A stretch of 32,000 bases of DNA from Candidatus Electronema halotolerans (GTDB lineage: Bacteria > Desulfobacterota > Desulfobulbia > Desulfobulbales > Desulfobulbaceae), in contig OW818675.1 of NCBI GenBank assembly GCA_942493095.1, forward strand, positions 2,220,001-2,252,000, written 5' to 3'. Shown here piece by piece: positions 24,357 through 32,000 of this stretch (position 1 is its first letter; every line of letters starts with the position of its first letter). Made by a program: the position numbers and the translations under genes. The notes under the pieces are model-generated. The model worked only from the letters and a program-made list of their open reading frames with translations, did no database searches and was not told where the DNA came from.

Positions 24357-25140
24357 CCCGATCAGTTCATTAGCCGCTGAACGTCTTGGCTATCCCACCC
24401 AAAAACCAGTTGCTCTTCTTGAACGAATTCTTGCGGCCAGCAGCGATGAAGGTGATATCGTTCTTGATCCGTTCTGCGGCTGCGGCACGACTATTCATGC
24501 GGCGCAAAAGCTCAAGCGGAAATGGATTGGTATTGACATCACCCATCTTGCTATTGCTTTACAGAAATATCGTCTGAAAGATGCTTTCGGCATTGTTGAA
24601 AAAGAAGATTATGAGGTGATCGGCGAGCCGGAAAGTCTTGCTGATGCCAAGCAGCTTGCCAGCGATGACCGCTATCAGTTTCAATGGTGGGCTTTGTCAC
24701 TCATTCAGGCCCGGCCTGCTGGCGGAGAAATTGGCAGCAGACAAGGCAAAAAAGGCAAGGACAAAGGTATTGATGGTATCATCACCTTTATCGACGATGC
24801 AAGAAGTCGGCCAAAACGCCTTATTGTGCAGGTGAAGAGCGGCAAGGTCAAAAGCGGCGACATTCGTGATCTTGTCGGCACGATTGAACGTGAAAAGGCA
24901 GCCTTGGGAGTGTTCATCACCTTGGAGCAACCCACACGGGATATGAAAACTGAAGCGGCTTCAGCAGGCTTTTATCACTCTCTTGAATGGAACCGGGATT
25001 ATCCAAAAATTCAAATCCTCACCATTGAAGACCTGCTCGCAGGCACGGCAGTGCAGATGCCGGGCAGGGCGCAGACCTACAAACAGGCCCAACGGGAAAA
25101 AGAGCGGGCCGGGGTGCAGCAATCCTTGCAATGGGGTTGA
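24349..25140 (+). pseudogene. DNA methyltransferase 3' fragment (AdoMet motif I) fused to a C-terminal Mrr-type PD-(D/E)xK nuclease-like domain
   Basis: ERLGYPTQKPVALLERIL and IVLDPFCGCGTTIHAA are motifs of N6_N4 methyltransferases. The C-terminal GKDKGIDGIITF...RLIVQVKSGKV...LGVFITLEQPTRDM fits the Mrr_cat pattern. The ORF-track GTG at 24337 lies inside the IS right inverted repeat, so it is not the native start. Confidence 0.85.
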
Positions 25141-25182
25141 TCGCCAAGCAAGGCTATTCCAATTTTCCAACCACAGAGAACC

Positions 25183-26535
<1,353 letters not shown>

Positions 26536-26546
26536 CGAAAGCTGCC

Positions 26547-27743
26547 ATGCCTGCTGACACGCTGAAAAAAGCGGCACGCACCGCCTGCTGGTTTGCCTTC
26601 CTCACCTTTCCGCTTTTGGTGATTCAAGTCAATCCATATAAGGAAACCGTACACTGGCGGTGGCTGAACCTGCTCTATGCAGTTGCTGGAGTTTTTTTTG
26701 TCGCGCTGGCATATCATGCCCTTGCCCATTTCAAGGCGGACAAGGCCAAGACAGCTACATCGCAACAGCACCAGCTTTTTGCTGTTTTTGAAAAAAAAGG
26801 AGTCCGCGCTACCGGATTAGCTCTGCTTCTCATGGCAGCGGTCGTTTTTCCTTGGCAGGTTTCCGCCTATCAGATCAACATCATGATCACAGCCCTGCTT
26901 TATGTGATGCTGGGCCTGGGCCTGAATATTGTCGTCGGCATGGCCGGACTGCTTGACCTCGGCTATGTGGCCTTTTATGCGGTCGGGGCCTATTCCTACG
27001 CCCTGCTCAACCTGCATTTCGGCATTGGCTTCTGGACAGCTCTGCCCCTTGGCGGCCTGATGGCAGCAGGATTCGGCATCATCCTCGGCTTTCCCGTGCT
27101 GCGCCTGCGCGGCGACTACCTCGCCATTGTCACCCTTGGCTTTGGTGAGATAATTCGTCTGATTTTAGAAAATTGGACCGATTTCTCAAAGGGGCCGAGC
27201 GGCATCTCCGGCATTCCCCGGCCAAGCTTCTTCGGCATGGACTTGAACCTTGATCAGTCGCTCACCTATCTCTATTACCTGATGCTGGTCATGGTCGCGC
27301 TGACCATTTTTGCCACCAGCCGCCTGCAACATTCCCGCATAGGCCGTGCTTGGGCTGCCCTGCGCGAGGACGAGATTGCCTGCCGGGCAATGGGCATTGA
27401 CAAGACCAAGATCAAGCTGGCAGCCTTTGCCTCCGGCGCATTCTGGGCAGGCATGGCCGGGGTGATTTTTGCGGCCAAGACCACCTTTGTCAATCCTGCC
27501 TCGTTCACCTTCATGGAGTCGGCAATCATTCTCTGCATTGTCGTGCTCGGCGGCATGGGTTCCATTCCCGGCGTGATCATTGCAGCCTTGGTGCTGATTC
27601 TGCTGCCGGAATATCTCCGGGCCGTGGCCGACTACCGGATGCTGGTCTTTGGCGCGACCTTGGTCCTGATGATGCGCTTCCGGCCCGGCGGCCTGCTGGC
27701 CCCGTCACGGCGGCGGCGGCAGCAGACTGATGACACAGCATAA
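26547..27743 (+). CDS. livM: Branched-chain amino acid ABC transporter permease, LivM type
   Basis: It has LGLNIVVGMAGLLDLGYVAFYAVGAYSYALL, GFPVLRLRGDYLAIVTLGFGEI and LREDEIACRAMGID. ATG 26547 is preferred because the ORF-track start at 26502 would overlap glmM by 34 nt. Confidence 0.85.
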   Translation: MPADTLKKAARTACWFAFLTFPLLVIQVNPYKETVHWRWLNLLYAVAGVFFVALAYHALAHFKADKAKTATSQQHQLFAVFEKKGVRATGLALLLMAAVVFPWQVSAYQINIMITALLYVMLGLGLNIVVGMAGLLDLGYVAFYAVGAYSYALLNLHFGIGFWTALPLGGLMAAGFGIILGFPVLRLRGDYLAIVTLGFGEIIRLILENWTDFSKGPSGISGIPRPSFFGMDLNLDQSLTYLYYLMLVMVALTIFATSRLQHSRIGRAWAALREDEIACRAMGIDKTKIKLAAFASGAFWAGMAGVIFAAKTTFVNPASFTFMESAIILCIVVLGGMGSIPGVIIAALVLILLPEYLRAVADYRMLVFGATLVLMMRFRPGGLLAPSRRRRQQTDDTA

Positions 27744-27767
27744 TCTGTTCGGCAAGCACTACGCAAA

Positions 27768-27812
27768 GAAGCCGCTGAACGGGCAGTTCCCGTCCAGCGG
27801 CTTCTTTCTTTT
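27768..27812 (+). terminator. Rho-independent terminator between the convergent livM and psrC-like genes
   Basis: The stem pairs GAAGCCGCTG-A-ACGGG with CCCGT-C-CAGCGGCTTC: 15 bp with one A/C mismatch, around a CAGTT loop. TTTCTTTT follows at 27805-27812. On the other strand only a shorter U-run (TTTGCGT) follows. Confidence 0.75.
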
Positions 27813-27841
27813 GCAGCGGCAGAAACACTACAGCATCTGCT

Positions 27842-28819
27842 TCACATATATGCGCTGTAGCCGGAAAGCTGGCCCGCATAGACCAAGGCAAAACGGATGA
27901 CCGCGCCGCCCACTAAGACCAGCACCGCGCTGAAATTCATCATCATCAGGCTGGAGGTGGTCAGCTCCTCGGTGTGTTCGCCTGTCACCTCAAGGAATTT
28001 CAGGATGACCGCCAAGGGCAGGAAAGTGCCCAGTACGACAATGCTGAGGAAGTACGGAAAGAATTCATGCGAGGTGCTGAAAAAAGGCGCGATAGCCTGC
28101 TGATGCGCCGCATCGCCGACATAATGGCCGTAGAACATGAGCAAAAGAATGGTCAACTCGGCAATGATCAGCCAGACATCAATCTTGGTGAAAAAGAGCT
28201 TTGTTTCCTTGCTCTTGGCCAAGATGATCATCAAGGCCGCGCCAGTGCTCATGCCGCTGACCAAGAACAGAACCGGCAGGATGGGGGTGCTCCACAGAGG
28301 CCGGGCCACCAAGCTACTGAGAAGCACGCCAGTGTAGATGGCCAAGAGAACTCCGGCAATGATATTGGCCTTGGCCAGTTTGAGCAGATGCGGCTTGAGG
28401 TTCTCGGCTGCGTTTCTGATCGACGGATATTTGATCTTGCCCCTGATGTCATCCGGCAGGGCCGCCAAAGCATAAGCGATCAATAGTGGATAGATGATGA
28501 AGACAATCCACGCGCCCCAGCTCATCGGCGAGACCGGCTTGAAGGCCAAATAGAACCAGAAGGCGTGAAATGGTCGCTCCAGATCAAGGTTGAGAAAAAT
28601 CAGGCCAATGGTCAGCAGAATCGGGATCAGCACCGGAATCTTCCAGGCATTGACCGCGTCCGCGCTCTGCTTGCTGCTGGGCCGGATGTAGTTGACCGCG
28701 CTCATGGTCATCAGGCCGCCGCAGAGACCGCCGAGAAAAAGATAGCTGGCCACCCGCCAGTCCCAGACGTGCATGGCCGGATAGGTGATGGCATTGGTGC
28801 CGACAATATGCAGTTCCAT
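27842..28819 (-). CDS. NrfD/PsrC-family integral membrane quinol-interacting subunit
   Basis: 325-aa polytopic ORF. The N-terminus HVWDWRVASYLFLGGLCGGLM is the NrfD/PsrC signature. It is the last gene of an A-B-C operon. Confidence 0.85.
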   Translation of the reverse strand: MELHIVGTNAITYPAMHVWDWRVASYLFLGGLCGGLMTMSAVNYIRPSSKQSADAVNAWKIPVLIPILLTIGLIFLNLDLERPFHAFWFYLAFKPVSPMSWGAWIVFIIYPLLIAYALAALPDDIRGKIKYPSIRNAAENLKPHLLKLAKANIIAGVLLAIYTGVLLSSLVARPLWSTPILPVLFLVSGMSTGAALMIILAKSKETKLFFTKIDVWLIIAELTILLLMFYGHYVGDAAHQQAIAPFFSTSHEFFPYFLSIVVLGTFLPLAVILKFLEVTGEHTEELTTSSLMMMNFSAVLVLVGGAVIRFALVYAGQLSGYSAYM

Positions 28820-28831
28820 GCTTCTTCCTCC

Positions 28832-29389
28832 TTAGCTTTTGCGAGGAAACTGGTTGATGTAATAGACATGCGGCTTGGTGCCGACTTCCGGCTTCAGCGT
28901 CCGTGAACTGTGGTCGCGGAGAAGCTGACTGACATGGCTGTTCGGGTCGTCCAGATCGCCGAACATGCGCGAGCCGCCGACACAGGTGGCCACGCAGGCA
29001 GGCTCCTTGCCTTCTTCGAGCCGATGCTGGCAGAAGGAGCACTTGTCGGCATAGCCGTGCTCCGGGTTGATATAGCGGACATCATAAGGACAGGCTGTGA
29101 TGCAGGCCTTGCAGCCCACGCATTTTTTGCGGTCTATCTGGACCGTGCCGTCCGCCTCCTGATGCGAGGCCCCGGTCGGACAAATATGGACGCAGGGCGG
29201 ATTGTCGCAGTGATTGCACAGCTCAGAGCGCATCTCGGTGCGCAGCCGGGGAAACTCGCCCCGCACCATCTCCACCACCCGGGTTCGGTAGTGCTCTTCT
29301 GGAACATCGTTCTCGCGCTTGCAGGCCACCACGCAGGACATGCAGCCAATGCAGCGCGACTGGTCTATGACCATGACATATCTTGGCAT
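28832..29389 (-). CDS. 4Fe-4S ferredoxin-type electron-transfer subunit (PsrB/PhsB-like)
   Basis: 185-aa ORF starting MPRYVMVIDQSRCIGCMSCVVACKRENDVP, with further motifs CNHCDNPPCVHICP, CVGCKACITACP and CSFCQHR. An AGGAGG Shine-Dalgarno lies within the end of the upstream gene. Confidence 0.9.
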   Translation of the reverse strand: MPRYVMVIDQSRCIGCMSCVVACKRENDVPEEHYRTRVVEMVRGEFPRLRTEMRSELCNHCDNPPCVHICPTGASHQEADGTVQIDRKKCVGCKACITACPYDVRYINPEHGYADKCSFCQHRLEEGKEPACVATCVGGSRMFGDLDDPNSHVSQLLRDHSSRTLKPEVGTKPHVYYINQFPRKS

Positions 29390-29391
29390 TC

Positions 29392-31605
29392 TCAGGCCTC
29401 CTTGATCGTGACAAAGTTGACGCGCATTCCAGTGCCGCCAGTGATCGGATCCACTTTATAGCGGGTGATGAGCTGCTGATCGTCTGCGCCCTTGTTGTAA
29501 GCGCGGGTCAGGAGTTTGGAATTCTGGCCAAAGCCATGCACCATATAGACGCAGTCGCGGCGGATGCGCTCCGTCACCTTGACTCGAATCTTGTTGCTGA
29601 CCACTTTGTCCTGATTCTCCAAGACCACATACTGCTGGTCTTTCAGGCCAAGCCGGGCCGCCTCCTTGGTGTTGAGCCAGACCTGATTCTCCTTGTACAG
29701 CTCCCAGAGCCATTGGTCATTGACTGTCCGGCTGAAGGTGTGAACTGGGCTGCGGCCATAGACCAAACGGTACATGCCCTCTGGCGGAGGATCAACCTTC
29801 TCATACTTGGGAATCGGGTCAAAGTGCTTTTCGTCCAGCTCAGAGCTGAACAGCTCGATCTTTTTGGAAGGGGTTTTGAAAACCGGCTGATTTTCCGAGG
29901 TGATGTAGGGGGCCGCGCTGCCGGGGATGGTGACATAGCCCTCATCAGCCAGCTTGTCATAGTCAATTTTCCATGCCTTGGCCTGGCGCTTCATCCGCTC
30001 TTCCCAGCTATCCTTGACCGCGTACTCAGCCAAGCCCATTTTCTTGCACAGCTCGCTGCCGATCCACCAAGCCGGCTTGGTATCATACATCGGCTCAATC
30101 GCAGGCTGGCGCAGGGCCACGCCGGTTTCGCGGGTCTCAATTTTGAACAGGCCGTCATGCCGCTCCAAATAGGTGCATTCCGGCAGGATGACATCCGCCA
30201 TCATGACCGTGTCTGTGGGCAGGATGTCAACCGCGACCATGAAATCAAGGCTGTTGATCGCCCTTTTGGTCTCTTCCGGCGCAGGCAGGCTTTTGAGCAG
30301 ATTGGTGCCGCAGACAAACCACGCCTTGATCGGATAGGGCTTGCCGGTGATTGACACCTCCCGCACCACCTGAGTCAGGCCCTCACCGCCAGCAAAGGGA
30401 TAATTGCCTTTGATGATCGGGTCCTCATCAGGAATCGGGTATTCAGGAATGCCGTCATTAAACCAAGCCAGCTTGCTCTTGGGCGGCAGCCATATCCCGC
30501 CTTCCCGGCCCCAAGAGCCGAGGATGGCGTTGATGATCGCCATAGCCCGCGAACGCTGGGCATCATCGCCATACCAGGCAACGTGACGGCCTGGATGAAT
30601 CATGACATTGGGGGCATAGCGGCCAAGATCACGGGCCGCATCAATAATGTCGGCCTCATGCAGCTCGGTTTCCTTGGCGCACCATTCTGCGGTGTACTCT
30701 TTGACCGCCTCTTTCAGCTCCTCAAAACCGACCGTGTATTGGGCGACATAGTCCTTGTCATGCCAGCCATTGCTGATGATCAGGTTGATCCAGGTCAGGA
30801 GAAGGGCCGTATCTGTGCCTGGCTTGATCGGCAGCCAGAGCGAGGCCTTGGAGGCGGCAGTGGAGTAGCGGGGATCAACGCAGATGATTTTCGCGCCCCT
30901 GCCCACGGCCTCGGCAAACTCCTGATTCTGGGAATTGTGCATGTTCTCACCCAGATGAGTGCCAAAGAGAACGATGACCTTGCTGTTTTGCAGATCAACC
31001 CGCTCACAGCTTGAGCCGGGCTTGTGGCCGTAGGTCAGCTCCCAAGCAACATCACGGATGCCTTTGCACTGGGCAAAAGAGGGAAAGGCTATGTTGGCGG
31101 AACCTCTTGCCATGAGCAGGTTGGTGAAATAATCGCCCGGGGAGCCGTGCGAAAGCATGGCCAAGGCTTGCGCGCCGTATTTGTCAGCAACCTTATTGAG
31201 CTGCTCCGCAGTGTAACTCAACGCCTCATCCCAGCTCACCTCATCATACTTGCCCTCGCCGCGCTTGCTGCCCTTCTGGCGGATCATCGGCTTTTTCAGA
31301 CGGTTCTCATCATAAAGCTGGCCAATGCCTGCCTGCCCTCTGGCGCAAAGTTTGCCGTTGCTCTGGGGATGAAAGGGATTGCCCTCCAGCTTGACCACCA
31401 CATCCTCGCCTTTCCTGTTCTTCTTCACCTTGGCGATCACGCCGCATTTCCAGAAGCACATCTCGCAGCTTGTCGCCACATAGCGGACATCGCCGCCCTC
31501 AGCCTCGGCTCTGGCACGGGTCGAGAGAAAGGGCGTGTCGGCAATCAGGGTGCTTCCAGCGGACATGGCGGCCAATTTGAGAAAGTTCCTCCTCGAAAAA
31601 GCCAT
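29392..31605 (-). CDS. Tat-exported molybdopterin (bis-MGD) oxidoreductase catalytic subunit, polysulfide/thiosulfate-reductase-like
   Basis: The start is taken at ATG 31605 (MAFSRRNFLKLAAMSAG, a twin-arginine signal), preceded by AAGGAGAG. The ORF track extends to 31668. The N-terminal FeS motif is TSCEMCFWKCG...KLCARG. The size (~737 aa) and the A-B-C gene order fit PsrA/PhsA-type enzymes. The substrate cannot be assigned from sequence alone. Confidence 0.88.
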   Translation of the reverse strand: MAFSRRNFLKLAAMSAGSTLIADTPFLSTRARAEAEGGDVRYVATSCEMCFWKCGVIAKVKKNRKGEDVVVKLEGNPFHPQSNGKLCARGQAGIGQLYDENRLKKPMIRQKGSKRGEGKYDEVSWDEALSYTAEQLNKVADKYGAQALAMLSHGSPGDYFTNLLMARGSANIAFPSFAQCKGIRDVAWELTYGHKPGSSCERVDLQNSKVIVLFGTHLGENMHNSQNQEFAEAVGRGAKIICVDPRYSTAASKASLWLPIKPGTDTALLLTWINLIISNGWHDKDYVAQYTVGFEELKEAVKEYTAEWCAKETELHEADIIDAARDLGRYAPNVMIHPGRHVAWYGDDAQRSRAMAIINAILGSWGREGGIWLPPKSKLAWFNDGIPEYPIPDEDPIIKGNYPFAGGEGLTQVVREVSITGKPYPIKAWFVCGTNLLKSLPAPEETKRAINSLDFMVAVDILPTDTVMMADVILPECTYLERHDGLFKIETRETGVALRQPAIEPMYDTKPAWWIGSELCKKMGLAEYAVKDSWEERMKRQAKAWKIDYDKLADEGYVTIPGSAAPYITSENQPVFKTPSKKIELFSSELDEKHFDPIPKYEKVDPPPEGMYRLVYGRSPVHTFSRTVNDQWLWELYKENQVWLNTKEAARLGLKDQQYVVLENQDKVVSNKIRVKVTERIRRDCVYMVHGFGQNSKLLTRAYNKGADDQQLITRYKVDPITGGTGMRVNFVTIKEA

Positions 31606-31819
31606 GATATCTCTCCTTGATTGAAAAAAACATAACCACCTGACTGACCGGCCTGCCGCGCCGGTCAATCGGTTTGTAAGAAATGTTCAGATTTAATGAA
31701 CTATGCTTCTACACCAAATTGTGGCACCTGTCAACGAGCATAATGCGGCCTTTCTCCGTATGATACATGAACAGGCTGTTTTTGTTTTGCTTTTATTTTT
31801 ATGCCACAGTGTGTGCTGT

Positions 31820-32000
31820 TCAGGAGCGGAGGAAATGCCGCAGCACGGCGCAGAGATGCAGGCAGTCAGCGCAGGCGGCAGTCTCCCGGATGGAGTGCAT
31901 GGCCAAGGAGGGAATGCCGACATCCACAGTCTCAACCCCGATGCCGCTGGCGGTCAGCGGGCCGATAGTCGAGCCGCAGCCCATGTCGCTGCGGGAGACA
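31820..32000 (-). CDS. M18-family aminopeptidase, C-terminal fragment (5' end lies outside the window)
   Basis: The minus-strand frame reads ...[56 protein letters not shown], with the stop at 31820-31822. GSTIGP...TVDVG-x-P-x-L-x-MHSIRE is the conserved M18 (aspartyl aminopeptidase/ApeB) C-terminus. It is absent from the ORF track because it has no start in the window. Confidence 0.7.
   Translation of the reverse strand, partial: VSRSDMGCGSTIGPLTASGIGVETVDVGIPSLAMHSIRETAACADCLHLCAVLRHFLRS

Noticed and set aside
24337-25140. An independent 267-aa gene starting at GTG 24337.
   Set aside because: The GTG lies inside the IS right inverted repeat. The ORF is the 3' portion of the interrupted methyltransferase and joins in frame to 21910..22862 once the IS is removed.
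29383-30354. A 323-aa plus-strand ORF, with further ORFs at 30583..31014 and 31024..31620, opposite the molybdopterin oxidoreductase gene.
   Set aside because: The minus-strand product has a Tat signal, an FeS motif and full-length colinearity with PsrA/PhsA-type enzymes. The plus-strand translations are featureless.
31606-31668. An N-terminal extension of the psrA-like ORF (track start at 31668). Similar extended starts occur at 13879 (TTG), 10333 (TTG) and 26502.
   Set aside because: Downstream in-frame ATGs give canonical N-termini: a Tat motif with AAGGAGAG, MDRKYKVLVVDD with CAGGAG, and MIDTSMLPDF. For 26502, the downstream ATG avoids a 34-nt overlap with glmM.
31722-31737. A TGGCAC motif resembling the -24 element of a sigma54 promoter in the psrA/aminopeptidase intergenic region.
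   Set aside because: The -12 region does not fit: TGGCAC-CTGTC-AACG instead of TGGCAC-N5-TTGC, so the GC is out of register. It also points away from the psr operon, toward a convergently oriented gene end.
31693-31935. An 80-aa minus-strand ORF from the track.
   Set aside because: A different minus-strand frame over 31820-32000 encodes the conserved M18 aminopeptidase C-terminus. The 80-aa frame is Cys/Pro/Trp-rich with no motif and overlaps that gene out of frame.

Overview
This is a bacterial chromosomal segment of roughly 55-58% GC by eye. An MJ0042-type zinc ribbon, PATAN/DUF4388-like modules and a PsrABC-type molybdoenzyme weakly suggest a Desulfobacterota/deltaproteobacterial anaerobe.

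Layout:
- 1-3077: housekeeping genes (rfbA 3' end, rfbD, argC, truA).
- 3387-21739: an ~18 kb co-directional, tightly packed chemosensory supercluster, described below.
- 21829-25215: a low-GC islet. It holds a beta-class DNA methyltransferase fused to an Mrr-type nuclease domain, split by a single-ORF IS66-family element with a perfect 8-bp target duplication. The islet is bracketed by an imperfect duplication of the glmM 5' end.
- 25183-27743: glmM and a lone livM-type permease, followed by a strong hairpin terminator.
- 27842-31605, minus strand: a PsrABC/PhsABC-like molybdopterin oxidoreductase operon.
- 31820-32000, minus strand: the 3' end of an M18 aminopeptidase gene.

The supercluster is the most unusual content. 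Its gene order is:
- a four-domain pseudo-REC/PATAN/REC/CheB-like protein
- a very long MCP
- CheW
- CheY
- a HAMP-only membrane protein
- an 1170-aa CheA
- a CheB-like protein
- a zinc-ribbon ParA-like ATPase
- a NitT/TauT-type ABC transporter
- a PilZ protein
- a second HAMP-only protein
- a TauE-like permease
- a PATAN-REC-CheB-like protein

Four points stand out:
- It encodes three CheB-type paralogues, and none keeps an intact Ser-His-Asp triad.
- No CheR, CheD, CheC, CheX or CheZ is present in the window.
- The CheA carries two His-less Hpt-like repeats and a ~235-aa acidic/Pro-Ala-Lys linker.
- A transporter, PilZ, ParA-like and HAMP-only genes are embedded by overlapping start/stop junctions.

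All family assignments rest on motif recognition by eye. No database search, HMM or structure prediction was run. No rRNA, tRNA or CRISPR array was seen.
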